Shown piece after piece: positions 1 through 8,015 of a stretch of 64,000 nucleotides of DNA. The DNA is taken from positions 3,392,001 to 3,456,000 of the forward strand of contig CBDFKD010000002.1 of assembly GCA_965248695.1 (NCBI GenBank), written 5' to 3'. Both the position numbers and the translations under genes were made by a program. Source of the DNA: Acidobacteriota bacterium. Its GTDB lineage: Bacteria > Acidobacteriota > UBA890 > WLXD01. The notes below the pieces were generated by a model. It saw only the letters and a program-made list of their open reading frames with translations. It had not been told where the DNA came from and did no database searches. Position 1 is the stretch's first letter. Each line of letters starts with the position of its first letter.

Positions 1-1
1 C

Positions 2-550
2 GGTCGACAGCGCCAGGCTGGGTGCGAAGGTATCGGCTACGGGGTCGGCCCGGCGGGCCGTCGTCTCACCGAAACGCGGCCCGACCCAGGGGATGTCGAG
101 TAGCAACGCCAGGCGACTCGAGCTATAGGACACACGCATCGCCAGGCGATCGATCATGGCGCGCTCGCGAAGGTGAGCGACGCCCTCACTGGCCACGATG
201 TCAGCCGGCTGCAGTATGACGTTGCCCAGCGGCGTCTCGATGGTGATTTGGTCGCCATCCTGGGTCAGCTGACAGCTGCAGACGGCGAGGAAATCGTCCA
301 GCGGTAGCAAGAACTCGTTGCCGTCGAAGTACACCTCCGAGGCAGACAGCTCACGGTTGTCGACCACCAGGCCGAGGAGCATGCGCTGTGGATCGTCAGG
401 GCGTGGCCCCTCCGATCCCGACGCCAACGGCGCTAACGTGAGCGCTGCCACCACGACTACGGCAACTCGCCAGGCTCGCCGCTCGCCACGCCCAAGGCGC
501 ACCTGGCCTGGCTTGGCCGCGTTTGGCCGTTCGCGAGGCGAGATACGCAC
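2..550 (-). CDS. Partial (runs off left edge) exported protein, N-terminus resembling usher-like/outer-membrane pilus assembly proteins
   Basis: Not in the ORF track because it has no stop in the window. Manual translation is open from GTG 550 (AGGAG upstream) to the edge: ...RRAWRVAVVVVAALTLAPLASG (signal-like)...LLGLVVDNRELSASEVYFDGNEFLLPLDDF...IETPLG...LLLDIPW. Family call is a resemblance only. Confidence 0.5.
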   Translation of the reverse strand, partial: MRISPRERPNAAKPGQVRLGRGERRAWRVAVVVVAALTLAPLASGSEGPRPDDPQRMLLGLVVDNRELSASEVYFDGNEFLLPLDDFLAVCSCQLTQDGDQITIETPLGNVILQPADIVASEGVAHLRERAMIDRLAMRVSYSSSRLALLLDIPWVGPRFGETTARRADPVADTFAPSLALST

Positions 551-574
551 CGAGGTCGCTCCTGGGAATCGTGA

Positions 575-928
575 TCAGCGCTGCGAGCCGTCGTCGGGCT
601 GCTGCTGTTGTTGCTGTTGCTGGTCCGCTGCAACCGCCACGTCGGGGGCGGGAGGAACACTGAACTCGGTGGCGTCGCGAAATCGCTGCCCGTCGAGCTC
701 ACCCTGGAATGCGAGCATGTAGCGTCCGGTGGGCAACGCATGCGGCTGAGCCAGCAGCAGCTCCCGGCGGGTGCCACCGAGCACCGGCGTGGTCGGCAGG
801 CTGCCGTATTGAAGCAGGCCGGCGGGAGTTACCTCGGCTCCTGCCGACCACGACGAGCTCCGCGCAACGCTCGCCAGTGCTGCCCGGTCGGAGGTGTCCG
901 CCTCAGGTAACGCCGGCGCGTTAGCTGT
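575..928 (-). pseudogene. Probable C-terminal remnant of a pilus-chaperone-like beta-sandwich protein with a poly-Gln tail
   Basis: The frame is open from a TAA at ~929 to TGA 575 with no convincing start or RBS. It encodes TTPVLGGTRRELLLAQPHALPTGRYMLAFQGELDG and Q8. Confidence 0.35.
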
Positions 929-942
929 TTAGCGGGCGGCGT

Positions 943-1860
943 TCAGCAGCCGCGCGTGACCGCCAACAGAATCGCGACAACCACCACCCCGCCGACGGCG
1001 AGCAGCACGGTACGGTTGCGCGCCGTGGCCTGAACGCGCGCCGCGGCTCCTTCGCCAATCCGTCCTTGCCGCGCCGGTACGCGCAGCTCGAGATCGTCGA
1101 GCGCAGCGACCAGGGCGCGCGGATCGGTGAAGCGTTCCCGCGGATCCTCGGCCAGGCAACGGAGGATCAGCGGATCGATCTCCGGCGGCACGTCAGCGCG
1201 TACCTGGCTCGGGATACGGAAGCTGCCCACCGGCACCGTGCCGGTGAGCAATTCGTAGCCCACAACCCCGAGGGAATACACCAGTGCGGCGGCGCCCGGA
1301 GCGGCGCTAGGATCGGCCATGCGCTCGGGCGCCAGATAGCGCACCGAGCCGAGCGAATGCACCGTCGCGGTCGAACCGGCATCCATCCCCAGTGGCGCCA
1401 GCGGCATCCCGACGTCGAGGACCTTCACCGCATGCCCCTCGCCGTGGACCAGGATCCGGTCCGGGTCGACACCCTCGCACGGCAGCCCCTTGCCATGCGC
1501 GTGACCCAGCGCCTTCGCGGTTCCACGCAGTACGTCGAGAACGTCGCGGGTGTCGAGGCGACGATGCGCCAGCACCTTGCGAAGCGACGAGCCCTTGACG
1601 AACTCCATTACCGCGTAGACGCGACCATCCACCTCGCCGCTATCCACAACGCGCACAATGTTCTCGTTGTCGATCCCTCGCGTCGCCGAGAGAACTTCGA
1701 GCCGCCGGCTGCGCAGCACGTCGGCCTCACCCCCCGCGTACAGCTTGATGGCCAACCCGAGCCCATCGGCGTCCACGGCCTTGTAGATGCCGCCAGCGCC
1801 GGCTTGGTCCAGGCGCGCCTCGATGCGATAGCCGCCGATCTGCTCGGGTACGTCAGTCAT
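943..1860 (-). CDS. Hanks-type Ser/Thr pseudokinase with C-terminal TM anchor
   Basis: IGGYRIEARL, LAIK, ENIVRVVD, AVMEFVKG, YLAPE and RCLAEDPRERF are retained. The catalytic loop reads CEGVDPDRIL (no HRD/K/N) and DFG is DVG. Hydrophobic C-terminus. Confidence 0.85.
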   Translation of the reverse strand: MTDVPEQIGGYRIEARLDQAGAGGIYKAVDADGLGLAIKLYAGGEADVLRSRRLEVLSATRGIDNENIVRVVDSGEVDGRVYAVMEFVKGSSLRKVLAHRRLDTRDVLDVLRGTAKALGHAHGKGLPCEGVDPDRILVHGEGHAVKVLDVGMPLAPLGMDAGSTATVHSLGSVRYLAPERMADPSAAPGAAALVYSLGVVGYELLTGTVPVGSFRIPSQVRADVPPEIDPLILRCLAEDPRERFTDPRALVAALDDLELRVPARQGRIGEGAAARVQATARNRTVLLAVGGVVVVAILLAVTRGC

Positions 1861-3145
1861 CGATCTCGATCACCAGAGTGGCGGCACCGACCTGCAGCTT
1901 GTCGAGGTCGCGCAGCACGCCCGCGTCCACCGGCTCGCCATTGAGCTGCGTCCCGTGTGTGCTGCCAAGGTCCCGGACGTGGAACGCCTCATCTTCCCAT
2001 ACGATGCTCAGGTGCCGCTTGCTGGCTGCCGGGTCGGCTACGACCAGGTCACACCCCTCGTCGCGACCGACAACCATCTCGCTGGAACCGAGCTCGAGCG
2101 TGTCCCCGGAGCCCGCGCCGTCGCACACGACGAGCCTGGCGGACGGACGGGATCCCGCCTCCGGCTTCGAGCCAGCGCGCGGCGAGATCTCGAGAGTACG
2201 GATCGGGAACGGGATGACGATATCTCGGCGGCGGAAGTGCTCCCAGATCTCCGTCCGTAGCGTGCTCTCGATGCGCCGCAATGGACCCATGTCGTCGACC
2301 CAGGCGCGCAGCTCGTAGGTGATCGAGCTCTCGTCGAAGTTGCTGACATAGACCTCGGCAGACGGCCGTGCCAGCACGCCATCAACGGAGCTAGCGGCGG
2401 CCAGCATTGCCGCCTTGACCTTGTGAGGCGGCGTCAGAAAGTGAGCTCCGACGTAGATACGCGACATGTGCAGCGGGTGGGGATACAGGTAGTTGGTAAG
2501 CGTTTCTCGCGCCATATTGGCGTTCGGGAAGATCACCGTGTCGTTCTGGCGTGTACGGATCGAGGTCGTGCGCCAGGTGATCTGGGTAACGCGCCCCTCG
2601 TGCTCGCCGACCTGGATCCAGTCGTTGATGCGGAACGGGCGTTCGAGGGCGATCACTACACCGGCGAAGAAATTCGTCAGGATCGGTTGCAGCGCCAGAC
2701 CGAGCACCAGCGAGGTGACGGCACTGGTGGCCAGCAGCGGGCCGACGTTATCTTCCGGAAACGCCACCGAAACGATAATCACGCCTGACACCACGTAGAT
2801 GAAGAACCTCGTCACCCGTGGCAGCAACGGCGGCACCGAGATGTCCCACTGCCGCCGCAGCAGGACCTCGAAGCCGAAATAGGTGATTCCGCGAATCACC
2901 ATGACGACGACGAAGAGCCAGACCGTCGTCACCAACACGCCACCGCCGCGCCCCATGTCGCCGACCCCGAGGGCATTGGCGGCCGCAACACCGATGGCGA
3001 AAGCAAGCAAGGATATCGGCAACCCCAGCGCCCGCATCAGCGGATGGCGGCGGCGTAGAGCCAGCAGCGCGATGTAGACCACGACCGCGGGCACACCGCC
3101 GGCGAGCAGGGTTGCCGCCAGCGTCCCGCTAAAGGCGGTGGGCAT
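1853..3145 (-). CDS. MscS-family mechanosensitive channel fused to a C-terminal FHA domain
   Basis: Several TM helices; GLALQPILTNFFAG, ERPFRINDWI, GRVTQITWRTT, IFPN, IPFP; C-terminal VVGRDEGCD...SKRH...DLGSTHGTQLNG. Overlaps the pseudokinase start by 8 bp. Confidence 0.9.
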   Translation of the reverse strand: MPTAFSGTLAATLLAGGVPAVVVYIALLALRRRHPLMRALGLPISLLAFAIGVAAANALGVGDMGRGGGVLVTTVWLFVVVMVIRGITYFGFEVLLRRQWDISVPPLLPRVTRFFIYVVSGVIIVSVAFPEDNVGPLLATSAVTSLVLGLALQPILTNFFAGVVIALERPFRINDWIQVGEHEGRVTQITWRTTSIRTRQNDTVIFPNANMARETLTNYLYPHPLHMSRIYVGAHFLTPPHKVKAAMLAAASSVDGVLARPSAEVYVSNFDESSITYELRAWVDDMGPLRRIESTLRTEIWEHFRRRDIVIPFPIRTLEISPRAGSKPEAGSRPSARLVVCDGAGSGDTLELGSSEMVVGRDEGCDLVVADPAASKRHLSIVWEDEAFHVRDLGSTHGTQLNGEPVDAGVLRDLDKLQVGAATLVIEIDD

Positions 3146-3147
3146 GA

Positions 3148-3191
3148 TTAGTGGCCTGTAACAGATGATCGTTGCATATCGCAGATGGGAT
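3148..3191. repeat. Repeat copy 1 (TTAGTGGCCTGTAACAGATG-N2-CGTTGCATATCGCAG), MITE-end-like
   Basis: Near-identical to 13664-13702 and to 24428-24455. Confidence 0.8.
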
Positions 3192-3275
3192 TTGCGGGTG
3201 AGATCGAGGCGCGCGGAGGATGTCGATACGAATCGGCGCGATTCTAACAGGGCGCCGGCGAAGAACGCCCGCGAC

Positions 3276-4253
3276 TCAATCGTCCAGCAAGCCGTGCTCG
3301 CGCATCCACGTCTCGTTGAGCTTGGACAGATAGCGCTCGCCGGAATCCGGAAGCAAGGTCACCACCAGCGCGTCATCCGGGGCACTTCGTGCCACCCGGC
3401 GCGCCCCGACAACCGCCGCCCCTCCGGACGATCCAGTGAAGATCGCCTCGGTGCGCGCCAGCTCCAGGACGGCGCGATACGCCTCAGGATCGTCTACCGT
3501 GATGACCTCGTCGATAGTCTCCCACCACACGGTCTCCGGCATGAAGTCCTCGCCGATACCGTCGATCAGGTACTGGTGGATCTGCTCCTGCGGCGGCACC
3601 TGACCGTGCTCTCGGTAGTAGGTGTAGATCGAGCCGACGGTGTCCACTCCGACGACACGGATGTCAGGGTTCTTTTCCTTCAGGTACCTGGCTGCGCCAC
3701 TGATCGTCCCGCCGGTTCCCATTCCCGCGACCCAGTGGGTGATGCGTCCGTCGGTCTGGCGCCAGATCTCCGGACCCGTGCCGAGATAGTGGGCTTGCGG
3801 GTTGGCCTGGTTGTAGTACTGATACGGAAGATAGGCACCCTCCTCATCGCGCAGACGCTCGGCGACCTTGTAGTAGGAGCGCGGATCATCCGCATCGACC
3901 TCGGTCGGGCAGAGGATGACCTCCACCCCGAAAGCATGCAGCAAGGCGACTTTCTCTTTCGGAATCTTGTCGGCAGCGGTGCAGACCATACGATAGCCCT
4001 TGAGAATAGCGGCCATGGCCAAGCCCAATCCGGTGTTTCCGGAGGTGGGCTCCACGATGGTGCCACCGGGCTCGAGCTCGCCGGACTCTTCACCGGCAGC
4101 GATCATTGCCGGTCCGATGCGGTCCTTGACGCTCGATCCGGGATTGAACGACTCGATCTTGGCGACGAGCTCGGCGCCCTCGGGCCAGAAACGCCGCAAC
4201 CGCACCAACGGCGTGTCGCCGAGCGCGTCCAGTATGTCGTCGAGGATGTCCAC
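3276..4253 (-). CDS. PLP-dependent cysteine synthase/cystathionine beta-synthase family enzyme (no CBS regulatory domains)
   Basis: NPGSSVKDR (PLP Lys), EPTSGNTG, GMGTGGT, YLIDGIG, LPDSGERYLSK. Confidence 0.92.
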   Translation of the reverse strand: MDILDDILDALGDTPLVRLRRFWPEGAELVAKIESFNPGSSVKDRIGPAMIAAGEESGELEPGGTIVEPTSGNTGLGLAMAAILKGYRMVCTAADKIPKEKVALLHAFGVEVILCPTEVDADDPRSYYKVAERLRDEEGAYLPYQYYNQANPQAHYLGTGPEIWRQTDGRITHWVAGMGTGGTISGAARYLKEKNPDIRVVGVDTVGSIYTYYREHGQVPPQEQIHQYLIDGIGEDFMPETVWWETIDEVITVDDPEAYRAVLELARTEAIFTGSSGGAAVVGARRVARSAPDDALVVTLLPDSGERYLSKLNETWMREHGLLDD

Positions 4254-4378
4254 CGGCTCGCTACTCCAGGCGCCACTGACTATCGAGGATGCGGGTATAG
4301 TGCCCCCGAGCGCACTCCCGGCCGACGCCAGCCAAGGTCGGAGGCAGAAGTTACCATGACAGCAGAGACCGCATTGTC

Positions 4379-4702
4379 ATGCGCAAGTCACTCGACACCA
4401 TCGACGCATCGGAGCTACTCGAGCGCCTGACGGCCGAGGAAGAGACCGTCATTCTCGACGTTCGCTCGCGTTGGGAGTTCCGCCGCGGGCACTTGCCGGG
4501 CGCCCGCCGCACACCGCTCTGGAGAGCGTTCTTGGCATCGACTGCGGCGTCACTCGACCACGCGCCGGCGATCGTTGCGTACTGCGAGCTCGGACCGCGA
4601 GCCTGGCTGGCAGGCAAGCTCCTGGAACGCCGTGGGCTGCAAGTGCGCCTGTTGCGCGGCCACATGTCGCGCTGGCGGCGGCACCATCTGCCGATGAGAT
4701 GA
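4379..4702 (+). CDS. Single-domain rhodanese/sulfurtransferase
   Basis: ILDVRSRWEFRRGHLPGA; active-site loop YCELGPRA. Confidence 0.85.
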   Translation: MRKSLDTIDASELLERLTAEEETVILDVRSRWEFRRGHLPGARRTPLWRAFLASTAASLDHAPAIVAYCELGPRAWLAGKLLERRGLQVRLLRGHMSRWRRHHLPMR

Positions 4703-4718
4703 CACGCGCTGCGACCCG

Positions 4719-4751
4719 CTAGCGGCCGTGGTGGAAGTGTGGTGGGTCTAG
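4719..4751. repeat. Solo copy of the MITE terminal inverted repeat
   Basis: CTAGCGGCCGTGGTGGAAGTGTGGTGGGTCTAG differs from the TIR at 46764 by one deletion and two substitutions. Confidence 0.8.
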
Positions 4752-5716
4752 CCTGCGATCTGGAACGCGACCTCCTGGGTCGCCTCGGTGCCGGCGCTGA
4801 GGTCCTTGACCACGATCTCGAAGCGATAGGTCTTGCCGGCTTCGAGTTGCTGGATTTGACCTAGCGGAATGGGCTGCGCGACCGTGTTTCGACTCATCGG
4901 CTGCGGCGGCATGCGTACCACGCTCTGACCGGTCTCGGCGTCGAGGATGCGGTAATTCGCTTCCAGGTTGTAGGCCTGCGTAGCGGGGTCCATCTGGGCC
5001 CCCATGACGACGTACGTCAGGTCCACCTGTGGAGTCCCGATCTCGTATACGCGCTCGACGCGATCATGGAAGGTCGTGGTCAGCACGCGGACACCGTCGT
5101 ACACGGTGTTGGGGCTGAACATGCCGGGCGCTGGTCCGAACCCGTCGGCAACGATGATACTGGTGAGCGTCAGGCCGCCGGCCATGAAGTTCGGGGCCTC
5201 GAACGCGTCGCGGCGACTGCCGGTGACACCGGAGACGCTGTCGCGCACGCCCCATACGAGCTCGTACGATCCCGCCGGCAGGCTGTCGCCGAAGCTGTAC
5301 GTGCCGCTGTGGGTCGCCTCGTTCCGGGCCATCTTGAAGTTGGTGCCGATGCGCCTGATCTCGACCCCGTCTTGCAGGATGGCGCCAAAGAGCTCCATCT
5401 CGGCAACCTCGGGCGCCGCTACTCCGGGCTCGGCGCTGGCATCGACTCCGAACATCACGCCGGTGGTGCCGACGCGGAAGCCCATCATGCACAGCGTGCC
5501 GCCCTGCATCGAGGGATAGAAGAAACCGCGCAGCAATAGCTCTACGTCGCCCTGGTCGGTGCCCGCAAGCGCCGAGTCCAGGGCTGCGGTGGCCTCGGGC
5601 GAGAGAACAGCCTGGCTCACCGGCGGTGCTTGCGACGCAGCTGCCTGCGGCGACGCCACTAGCAGCGCAGCGACGAGACTGAGCGCATGAATCAGGCGGC
5701 GCTTGATCATAGGCAT
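4748..5716 (-). CDS. Secreted protein made only of the tandem beta-sandwich module found C-terminal in GWxTD/VWA proteins
   Basis: Signal peptide; SLPAGSYELVWGVRDSVSG...APNF...LTLTSIIVAD...LEAGKTYRFEIVVKDLSAG...VAFQI. Confidence 0.7.
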   Translation of the reverse strand: MPMIKRRLIHALSLVAALLVASPQAAASQAPPVSQAVLSPEATAALDSALAGTDQGDVELLLRGFFYPSMQGGTLCMMGFRVGTTGVMFGVDASAEPGVAAPEVAEMELFGAILQDGVEIRRIGTNFKMARNEATHSGTYSFGDSLPAGSYELVWGVRDSVSGVTGSRRDAFEAPNFMAGGLTLTSIIVADGFGPAPGMFSPNTVYDGVRVLTTTFHDRVERVYEIGTPQVDLTYVVMGAQMDPATQAYNLEANYRILDAETGQSVVRMPPQPMSRNTVAQPIPLGQIQQLEAGKTYRFEIVVKDLSAGTEATQEVAFQIAG

Positions 5717-5765
5717 CGGACTCCTTTGTTGACGCGGTGCAGGAAAGCTCCGGGGAAACGCTCGG

Positions 5766-8015
5766 CTAGCGTTGCGGCTCGGTCAGAGGCTCCGCGACCT
5801 GCTCGAGCATTCTTCGAGCTTGCGGTTGCTCCGCGTTCAGCTGCAGTGAGAGCTCCAGGAGCTCGCGGGCTTTGTCCACCCGACCCTCGGCGTGATATTC
5901 GGAGGCCAGCGCGTTGAGGATCTCGGGTGAGTCTTGCTTGGCGACGATACGCGAGCGCTCATAGTAGCGAATCGAATCGTAGTGCTCACCGGACTCGGCG
6001 TGAGCGCGTGCCAGCTCGAGCATGGCCCCGACATCGCGTGGATCGCTCGCCACCACGGGAGTCAGCACATCGATAAGCTCTTCGTACAAACCGGATGCCT
6101 TGAGGAGCTCGACGTGCTGGGCGCGCAGCTGCGAGTTGTCCGGATCGCGAGCCAGCGCGTCGCGCAACCAACGCGCTGCACTGTCGAGGTCACCGAGGAC
6201 GCGGTACTGACGTGCGCGCTCCAGCGCCACCTCGATGTCGGAGGCTGGTGGCGACGGCTGCGCGTTCACGAACGGCAAGGCGGCTCCGGGTGCTGGCGCC
6301 TCGAGCGTGACGGTACGCACGACACTCAGCGCCGGCTCGTCGTCGATAGAAACCTGGATGCGAACCTCGCCCTCGCTCCAGCCTGTCGTGTCGATGCTCC
6401 AAACGAAGGGCATCACGCCGTGTTCGTCGGCGCTCTCCGCAGTGAAGACCTGGCTGTCCTCGCCCAGCACCGAGCCGCTCACATCGCTTACCGCGATGCG
6501 GCCGGTCAACGGCACGATATGACCTTCAGGTAGCAGGATCTGCTGGAACGCCAAGATGGGATTGCCGACGGTCAACGTCTGGTCGACATCGGGGACCATC
6601 GCCAGCTCTCGGTACTGGAACGGATAGCGGCCGGCGTACGGGTCGTAGTCGCTCAGCGGTTGGACGTTCTCGACCAGCACGGGACCGAGCAACCTGACCG
6701 TCGATGGATGCGCGCCCGGAACGTCGATGACCATCTCGGCGCGACCGAACGTGTGGGCCGCCTTGTTCTCGAGCATCAGCGTGAAGCTCATAGACCCCGG
6801 CAGCGTCGGCAGCATGTCCATGTAGATGAAGGGCTGCGACGTGAAGCGGCGAGCCTGCTCTTCCTCGAGGTCACCGGTCATGTTGGCCTCGAAGCTGTGG
6901 AGCACCTTGTGATCCTCGGTGGCGACGCTGCCGACAGCATCGAAAGCGAAGAAGTAGTTGCCGTCGAAATCGCTGACGTTGAGATCCTCGCCGGCGACGC
7001 TGCTGGCGAAGTGGAGAAAGGGCTCGCCGTCGACGTCGAGCAGTGGCTGCGCCATCGCAGTGATCACGAGGGTCTCGAAGCGCACGTCGGAGTCGGCCAC
7101 TCCGGTGAGCACGTTATAGGCCCAGGTGGAATCCGGCATCATCACCTCGCGCACGGCGTCGATCTGACCGATCAGCATCTCCGAACGCAGCGGCGTGATC
7201 CCGTACTCCAGCCCGGCGTCGGCCGGGAAAAGGCTGAACGCGGCGCTGGCCATGTCATAGTCGATCTCGCGAAGCACCGAGTAGATCGCGGAGGAGTCGC
7301 CATAGCCCGTCGGCGAGTACTGGCTGTACTGGTAGGCGGGCTGCTGTTTACGTCGCTCGACCTCCATCTCGCCGGCGCCATTGAGGAGCTTTTCCGCTCC
7401 GTCCGACAGTGGGCTATACAGCTTGTAGTCACCGGCGCCGTACCGCTGGTAAAACATGATGTAGAAGTATGGTGGCAGCCCCAGATCCGGGTCAGCGCTG
7501 TAGAACCACACTTCCAGTGGATAGGTGAGCATATCGCTGGGAAGTCGATTGATGCTCTGCGCTGGTCCAAGCAGGATGTACGTGCGCCCGCGGTCGGTGG
7601 CCCAGGCAGGCGTCGCGGTGCCGCGCCCGAGGTACTTGTTCACGTACGCGAGGCGCTCGTAGTGCGTCTCGCGATTCTCGTTCCGCGGCGTCCCCGGGGT
7701 CGGGTCGCGCACGAACCAGAAGCGCTCCATGAAGCGATCGCGCTTCTTGTCGCTATCGAGCCGCTGCCAGACTCTGGATTCCTCGTCGGTGATTACATGG
7801 CCCACCTCCTCGACAATCCACTTGCGGTAGATCTCCGCCAGCGATTCGTTGTCGAAGGTGGGGTACTCGTCAAGGGTCGCCGCTCGAGTCTGCGTCGGGC
7901 TCTGCGCCAGCGTCGAAGAGGTACCGGTCGCCGCGAGTAGGAGCACGGCAAGGACGCAACAACACGCTACTCGGGTCCAGTTGTGAGACACAACGATCAT
8001 GGGCAAGAACGGCAT
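5766..8015 (-). CDS. GWxTD-domain protein with C-terminal TPRs (start may be 8000)
   Basis: RKWIVEEVGHVITDEE, FWFVRDPTPGTPRNE, AWATDRGRTYILLGP, EVWFY; TPR helices at the C-terminus. Confidence 0.9.
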   Translation of the reverse strand: MPFLPMIVVSHNWTRVACCCVLAVLLLAATGTSSTLAQSPTQTRAATLDEYPTFDNESLAEIYRKWIVEEVGHVITDEESRVWQRLDSDKKRDRFMERFWFVRDPTPGTPRNENRETHYERLAYVNKYLGRGTATPAWATDRGRTYILLGPAQSINRLPSDMLTYPLEVWFYSADPDLGLPPYFYIMFYQRYGAGDYKLYSPLSDGAEKLLNGAGEMEVERRKQQPAYQYSQYSPTGYGDSSAIYSVLREIDYDMASAAFSLFPADAGLEYGITPLRSEMLIGQIDAVREVMMPDSTWAYNVLTGVADSDVRFETLVITAMAQPLLDVDGEPFLHFASSVAGEDLNVSDFDGNYFFAFDAVGSVATEDHKVLHSFEANMTGDLEEEQARRFTSQPFIYMDMLPTLPGSMSFTLMLENKAAHTFGRAEMVIDVPGAHPSTVRLLGPVLVENVQPLSDYDPYAGRYPFQYRELAMVPDVDQTLTVGNPILAFQQILLPEGHIVPLTGRIAVSDVSGSVLGEDSQVFTAESADEHGVMPFVWSIDTTGWSEGEVRIQVSIDDEPALSVVRTVTLEAPAPGAALPFVNAQPSPPASDIEVALERARQYRVLGDLDSAARWLRDALARDPDNSQLRAQHVELLKASGLYEELIDVLTPVVASDPRDVGAMLELARAHAESGEHYDSIRYYERSRIVAKQDSPEILNALASEYHAEGRVDKARELLELSLQLNAEQPQARRMLEQVAEPLTEPQR

